Shown piece by piece: positions 59,100 through 64,000 of a DNA stretch of 64,000 nucleotides (positions are counted from its first letter, which is position 1; each line of letters starts with the position of its first letter). Made by a program: the position numbers and the translations under genes. Origin of the DNA: Pseudomonadota bacterium (lineage in GTDB: Bacteria; Pseudomonadota; Alphaproteobacteria; JBCCHK01); contig JBCCHK010000008.1 in the NCBI GenBank assembly GCA_039028835.1, forward strand, positions 77,463 to 141,462, read 5' to 3'. The notes beneath the pieces are model-generated. The model worked only from the letters and a program-made list of their open reading frames with translations, did not search any database and was not told the DNA's origin.

Positions 59100-59781
59100 G
59101 ATGAGGCTGGTGGGTATAGATGGCATACCCACGCATATCTGGAAACAATTGGTCGATGTGGGGATCGTTGATAACTTGCTTGGGTGTACCACGGCAGCAC
59201 ACGCTCTGATTAAGGCAAATCACTTCGCTGGTTGCGGCATGAACCCAGTGCTGGCTATGGGACACCATGACGACGGCGCAGTTTTTTTCTGCTGTAATGC
59301 GCTCGATCAATTCATAAAGGCGGGGTGTGCGGGTCGGATCGACACCTTGTTCGATTTCATCGAGCAGCAAGACATGGGGTTGACGGGCTAGGGCGCGCGC
59401 CAACAGCACATGGCGCATCTCGCCGCCGGAAAGACTGGTGATAGGTTGGTCGTAGAGCACCTCATAATCGACCAGGGCGAGATATTCCCGCGCCTGATCG
59501 GCGTTGCCAACCAGATGAGCAGCTGTCATCGGCAGTAGACGATGGGCTTGAAAAGACTGAGGCACAAAGCCGATAATCAGATCCGTTCGCTGGGTGAGGG
59601 TTCCCGCATCTGGCTTGGTGATCCCGGCCAGCATATGCAACAGAGTCGTTTTCCCACCACCGTTTGGCCCGATGATCGTCATCATCTTGCCTGGGTGAAT
59701 GGTCAAGGACACATCGCGAATCAACCACTGTTCCTGGGCGCGTCGCCCAATCCCCTGAGCGTTAAGTATTGGCGCAGGCAT
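59092..59781 (-). CDS. znuC: Zinc ABC transporter ATPase
   Basis: GPNGGGKTT, LSGGE, LLLDE, VSH, CLN..CC.GTP, Y.H..HH. Confidence 0.92.
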   Translation of the reverse strand: MPAPILNAQGIGRRAQEQWLIRDVSLTIHPGKMMTIIGPNGGGKTTLLHMLAGITKPDAGTLTQRTDLIIGFVPQSFQAHRLLPMTAAHLVGNADQAREYLALVDYEVLYDQPITSLSGGEMRHVLLARALARQPHVLLLDEIEQGVDPTRTPRLYELIERITAEKNCAVVMVSHSQHWVHAATSEVICLNQSVCCRGTPKQVINDPHIDQLFPDMRGYAIYTHQPHHG

Positions 59782-60196
59782 GGCAGGTTCCAGCAGTTTC
59801 AATCACACTGATCTCCATCGCAAAGTTATGAGCCTTTGAGGATTTGACAATCGCCTGGTCAAGAGCATGGTGACTGACCTCAGCCACTTGGTGACATGTC
59901 TGGCAGATTAGAAAATGACTCATATGATGGTGGTTGCATAGGCATGAACAGGGCACATAGGCATTAATCGACGCCAGGCGATGGATCAAGCCGTGTTGCT
60001 GAAAATAATCTAAAACCCGATAGACACTGGTGGGCGATAGGCGGCGGCCCGCCGTTTGTGAGATCGCTTCGATCAGGTCGTACGCCCCCATGGCCTGGGG
60101 TTGGGCGCACAAGGCGGTAAGCACCTGACGCCGGAGTGCGGTCAGGGTAATCTTTTTCTCTTGTAGCTGTTTTTGGATAGCAGATGGAATCGTCAT
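59762..60196 (-). CDS. zur: Fur-family zinc uptake regulator
   Basis: LT..RRQVL, GAYDL, PTSVYRVLD, HRLAS.NAY..C, FLICQTC..V.E, E..G.C..C. Confidence 0.92.
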   Translation of the reverse strand: MTIPSAIQKQLQEKKITLTALRRQVLTALCAQPQAMGAYDLIEAISQTAGRRLSPTSVYRVLDYFQQHGLIHRLASINAYVPCSCLCNHHHMSHFLICQTCHQVAEVSHHALDQAIVKSSKAHNFAMEISVIETAGTCHACANT

Positions 60197-60240
60197 AAAA
60201 AAACCCTTGATCGCGTGTGGCATGTCCGCTAGGATACCAT

Positions 60241-60266
60241 AAATGTAACGTAATAATGTATCATTT
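60241..60266. promoter_or_regulatory. Putative Zur box
   Basis: AAATGTAACGTAATAATGTATCATTT, a quasi-palindrome with a GTWAY-N3-ATWA core, between divergent zur and znuA. Confidence 0.55.
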
Positions 60267-60437
60267 TTATACATTCCATGTGAATCCTTGTGATGTGCAT
60301 GTTTTGTAGCCTTGTCGTTTGGCCATCTACCTGGCTCGGTTATCAGGAAATGGGAACAAGGTGAAAAGATTCACAAAACAAGCCAACGGCGCGTATGCGC
60401 TCTTGTCTCTATTCGTCTTTACTAAGGAGTATACCTC

Positions 60438-61649
60438 GTGCGGATTATTCATACCTTTGCCTTATGCGCCCTGCTTGCAGGTTTATCGTTGACCGCTCAA
60501 GCTCAGACGCAGGCTCAGCCTGGAGGGCTGAATATTATGGCGAGCCATGCGCCAGTCCATATGCTTATCGCTGGAGTCACAGGCGAGGCACCCGAGGTCC
60601 TTATAGCTGGTAACATCCATCATCGTTCTCTAACGCCTTCAGCAGTGAGTAACCTAGAAAAGGCAGATGTCGTTTTCTGGTTAGGTCCGTCGTTGAATCC
60701 AGAGGTCAGTGATTTACTGGAAGATCACCCAGCAGCCATTGCGCTGGATCAGGCAAGTTTGCCGACTCTTATAGAGATTGGCGAAGGTGAGCATGGTGAT
60801 GACGATGGGCACGACGGTGATCGTAGAGCCAAGCGGAAGGGCCATGAAGGACATCACGATGATGGCCATGAAGGACATCACGATGATGGCCATGAAGGGC
60901 ATCACGATGATGACCATGAAGGACATCACGATGATGGCCATGAAGGGCATCACGATGATGACCATGAAGGACATCACGATGATGGCCATGAAGGACATCA
61001 CGATGATGACCATGAAGGACATCACGATGATGACCATGAAGGACATCACGATGATGACCATGAAGGACATCACGATGATGACCATGAAGGACATCACGAT
61101 GATGACCATGAAGGACATCACCATCATCACGAGGGTACCGACCCTCATGTTTGGCTCGATATCGATAATGTCATTACCCTTACGATTTTTATTGCCGATG
61201 AGCTTTCTCGTTTGGATCCCGCCAAGGCATCGCTCTATCAGCAAAATGCCAGTGCGTCAGTTTCCCGCCTGCGGGCTGTGGATGAAGAGATTCGGCAAGC
61301 TTTAGCTCCGGTGGCGGCTCGCCCCTACCTCAATAGCCATGGGGCCTACGCCTATTTTGCACAGCGTTACGGGCTTACGCTGCACCGAGCAATGGATGAA
61401 GGACGACAGGCTTGGTTTTCTCGCCCCGAGTCTATGAGGCGAATCCGTCGGGAAATCAAAGATGAACAGATCGCTTGCTTGGTCTCAACACCTGAAGACA
61501 ATCGTGGAAGGCGTATAGAAAAACTGGCTCAGGAAAGTGCAATTAACTTCACCGTGATCGACCAGGTGGGTGCTGAGTTCACTCAGATGGACGATTTCCT
61601 ACGGGATATGGCAACAAAATTCGTCGTTTGTTTGGGTGGGGAGACGTAA
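60438..61649 (+). CDS. znuA: Zinc ABC transporter substrate-binding protein with long His/Asp-rich loop
   Basis: Signal peptide, H...LTPS, ADVVFWLG, DPHVWL, HGAY.YF..RYGL. Confidence 0.92.
   Translation: MRIIHTFALCALLAGLSLTAQAQTQAQPGGLNIMASHAPVHMLIAGVTGEAPEVLIAGNIHHRSLTPSAVSNLEKADVVFWLGPSLNPEVSDLLEDHPAAIALDQASLPTLIEIGEGEHGDDDGHDGDRRAKRKGHEGHHDDGHEGHHDDGHEGHHDDDHEGHHDDGHEGHHDDDHEGHHDDGHEGHHDDDHEGHHDDDHEGHHDDDHEGHHDDDHEGHHDDDHEGHHHHHEGTDPHVWLDIDNVITLTIFIADELSRLDPAKASLYQQNASASVSRLRAVDEEIRQALAPVAARPYLNSHGAYAYFAQRYGLTLHRAMDEGRQAWFSRPESMRRIRREIKDEQIACLVSTPEDNRGRRIEKLAQESAINFTVIDQVGAEFTQMDDFLRDMATKFVVCLGGET
60843..61121 (+). repeat. 24-bp coding tandem repeat, 11 full copies plus a partial (HEGHHDD[G/D])
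   Basis: CATGAAGG(A/G)CATCACGATGATG(G/A)C, repeating every 24 bp from 60843. Confidence 0.97.
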
Positions 61650-61660
61650 ATAACTAAGGT

Positions 61661-63832
61661 CTAGAAATTACTTTCGCGAATCAACACACTGAGGGCATTT
61701 TTCATAATCCGCCCAGCAATGCTGCGCCGCTCCGCCTTAATCAAGACGTGCCCTGGCACGATTGAGGACGGGGCGGTCAGCCCTTCGGCGGTGAGACGTA
61801 CCTGGTAATAACTTCCATCAGGGATCATGTTGGCGGCGTCGATCTCTGGCTTGACGTTGACAGATCCGCCGTAGGGCAGGGCAAAATAGGGAATATCGAC
61901 GGTAACCATATTAAGAAAATTGATCTCACGCACGCTGAGATCGATGCTTGGGCGGTTGATATCATCGGGATAGAATGTCGCGGGGGATTCTACCCCGATG
62001 CGGTTAAGGTCATCCTCAGTAATCACAGAAATGACTTCCCCACGATCGGGGTTAATGATGCTCCCTAAGATAAAGCCGTCTTTGAGCCATTGACCGGGCT
62101 CAATATCTTTATAGATATCGCGTAAAATCCCGTTATGGGGTGCACGGAGCACCAGCAGGTCTTGAAATTCCTGGGTGTTGGCCAGATTCGTGAGCGCTGC
62201 TGTCAGGTTTTCTTGCAAGATGGGTAGTTCGCTTAAGGAATCGTCACTCACTTGTGCTCGGGCAACCTGTTCTTGGAGCGATGCGACCTCCAGGGTGGCA
62301 ATCCTCGCTCGATAGGTGGTGCTTTCGTTCGTTAAGAGCAAAAGTTCATCACCAGTGTTCACAGGTTTGCCAGCAATCAAATGGTGGCGCGCCACCTTCC
62401 CAGCAGTTTTTGTGGTAATCAGCGCGGCTTGTTGTGCTTGATGAATGGCTTGCAAGCGTACCTCGGATTGCCAGGGAAAAATCAATACCCCGGTAAACAA
62501 CGCAAGTAACAGTGTGGTGCGCACCGTTGCCTTATTCCAGCATAGACTTTTTCTTTTTTCCACCCACACCTTCATCTCGTTATAAATGGGTCGTGCAATA
62601 AACCATATGATTTCCACAGCGAAAAGAAAAATCCCGACAATTTTTAAGAAAAAAGCATAAACGATCAGAGCAATGCCTAGAAACAAAAAGAATCGATAAA
62701 TCCAAACCCCGTAGGCATAAACAATCAGCGCTTTTTGCTTGTGATAGGGAAAATTACCAGGTTTTGGATCGCCATAACCAAAAAGAAACTCACGTAAATG
62801 CCATTTAGCAAGAAGAAAGGATCGATCCTGTAGGTTCGGCTCATCAAGGGAATCGGCCAGCAGATAATAACCATCAAACCGCATAAAAGGATTGAGGTTA
62901 ATCATCAGGCTGCTTATCCACGTAATGCTTGCCAGGGCAAAGAAGGCACTCCGTAACCCCCCGTCTGGCGTTACCGCCCAGGCAAAAGTCGCAAGCAGTG
63001 CAAGGGTGAGCTCAACAATGATTCCTGCCGCGCCAATAAGCAGCCGTTGCCGAGAAGAAGTCAAGCGCCAGGCATTGGTGGTATCGGTGTATAAAATCGG
63101 CCATAGCAGCAAGAATGCGACACCCATCACTGGCACCCGACATCGATAATGCCGGGCGGTACAGGCATGGCCAAACTCGTGTAATATTTTAGCAAGGGCA
63201 AGAGCACCGGTAAATAAAGCAATCCCGGTCGGTGTGATCTGATCTGGAATATAGGAGATAAACGTATCAAACTGCCGGGCAGTCAGGATGATGCCTGCCC
63301 CGCCGAAAAAGGCTACCCACCACCAGAATGCGGTACGATAGAAGAACGCCACATAAGGTTGCACTGTTTTCAAAAAATTATCAGGGTGGAACACCGGTAT
63401 CTTAAAAAAGAGATAGGTATGTAAAATTGTCTTATACCAAGACTTGTTGAGCAAGTTATAGGTTTTCAAAAGGCGCTCTTGTTCTTGCTCCGGGTTTTCT
63501 ATAATCAGCGAGCTTTTCTGCAAGAATCCCAGAAATTGTGAAAACTGCTCTTTAGAAATCGACAATCCCCGTTTGTCCTTTAAGGTGGCAATAAGGTTGC
63601 GCGAATTACCGCAGGACCAGTAGGCAAGCATCTCAAAGCCCGTTGCCCCGATCCGGTAATAGCGGTTGGCAAGCGGATCATGGATCGTCCAGGTAGGCTC
63701 CCCGGTGCTGGAGGGGGCACCTTTGAGTAAAACCAGATCCTCACGCAGCGGTGGGAGCGGTAGGGGTTGGGTGACCGGATCGGGTGGCGGTGTTTGTTTG
63801 GCTGCCGGTTGGCCTGAAGAGATCACGGCCAT
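61661..63832 (-). CDS. M50/site-2 membrane metalloprotease fused to an HlyD-like adaptor domain
   Basis: HEFGH (HExxH), NLNPFMRFDGYY (NxxPxxxxDG), N-terminal WTIHDP...RYY region, C-terminal lipoyl/coiled-coil region (LRAPHNG). Confidence 0.85.
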   Translation of the reverse strand: MAVISSGQPAAKQTPPPDPVTQPLPLPPLREDLVLLKGAPSSTGEPTWTIHDPLANRYYRIGATGFEMLAYWSCGNSRNLIATLKDKRGLSISKEQFSQFLGFLQKSSLIIENPEQEQERLLKTYNLLNKSWYKTILHTYLFFKIPVFHPDNFLKTVQPYVAFFYRTAFWWWVAFFGGAGIILTARQFDTFISYIPDQITPTGIALFTGALALAKILHEFGHACTARHYRCRVPVMGVAFLLLWPILYTDTTNAWRLTSSRQRLLIGAAGIIVELTLALLATFAWAVTPDGGLRSAFFALASITWISSLMINLNPFMRFDGYYLLADSLDEPNLQDRSFLLAKWHLREFLFGYGDPKPGNFPYHKQKALIVYAYGVWIYRFFLFLGIALIVYAFFLKIVGIFLFAVEIIWFIARPIYNEMKVWVEKRKSLCWNKATVRTTLLLALFTGVLIFPWQSEVRLQAIHQAQQAALITTKTAGKVARHHLIAGKPVNTGDELLLLTNESTTYRARIATLEVASLQEQVARAQVSDDSLSELPILQENLTAALTNLANTQEFQDLLVLRAPHNGILRDIYKDIEPGQWLKDGFILGSIINPDRGEVISVITEDDLNRIGVESPATFYPDDINRPSIDLSVREINFLNMVTVDIPYFALPYGGSVNVKPEIDAANMIPDGSYYQVRLTAEGLTAPSSIVPGHVLIKAERRSIAGRIMKNALSVLIRESNF

Positions 63833-63834
63833 CG

Positions 63835-63999
63835 CTATAACCCCAATGTGCTGCGCAAAAATGCCAACGGGCGGCGCAACAGAAAATAACCCAGTGATGT
63901 GCGTTGCGATAAAATGCGCGCTGTGCCCCTCATGCCCAAACGGGGAAGAGCCTCTCCCTCGTGAAAACGCGCGAGCAGGTAATAGGCAAGGGTCCCTTC
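63835..63999 (-). CDS. HlyD-family periplasmic adaptor, C-terminal fragment (gene starts beyond the window)
   Basis: ...LAYYLLARF....PRLGMRGTARI....SLGYFLLRRPLAFLR..LGL*, typical of adaptors found upstream of M50 fusions. Confidence 0.75.
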   Translation of the reverse strand, partial: EGTLAYYLLARFHEGEALPRLGMRGTARILSQRTSLGYFLLRRPLAFLRSTLGL

Positions 64000-64000
64000 G

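Noticed and set aside
60714-61305. Met-rich alternative ORFs (MKDITMM / VIIVMSFM repeats), and a CRISPR-like look to the repeat
   Set aside because: These are shadow frames of the znuA 24-bp repeat. The units are contiguous with no spacers, and no cas genes are present.

Overview
This window is chromosomal DNA from an alphaproteobacterium (it carries popZ, gcrA, DUF4167, grxD/bolA and an alpha-type tRNA-Met) with heavily scrambled gene order. 1-7.9 kb is a catabolic cluster: class III aminotransferase, BKACE enzyme, protocatechuate 3,4-dioxygenase-like alpha and beta subunits, a TctABC transporter and an arylsulfatase-like enzyme. The dioxygenase keeps its iron ligands, but its carboxylate-binding residues appear replaced by Asp, which suggests an undescribed amine-bearing catechol pathway. 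tRNA-Met, leuD and guaA follow. An AT-rich island at the guaA 3' end (about 11.0-18.0 kb) holds two dead tyrosine recombinases and five intact surface-polysaccharide genes. 18.7-39 kb is mostly single housekeeping genes: map, radC, ccmB, grxD, bolA, cysE, amtB, popZ, mlaC, nth, sucAB and gcrA. 39.2-48.3 kb is a stand-alone half T6SS (fha-tssJKLM-tagF) with a perfect FNR/FixK box and a CtrA-like box before tssJ. The rest holds a PilZ protein, prfA-prmC, gshB, an EAL protein, proC, dnaG, zur/znuABC (ZnuA has an 11 x 24-bp His/Asp repeat) and the end of an M50-peptidase/HlyD export locus. All calls are by eye from motifs and remembered family features; no searches were run.
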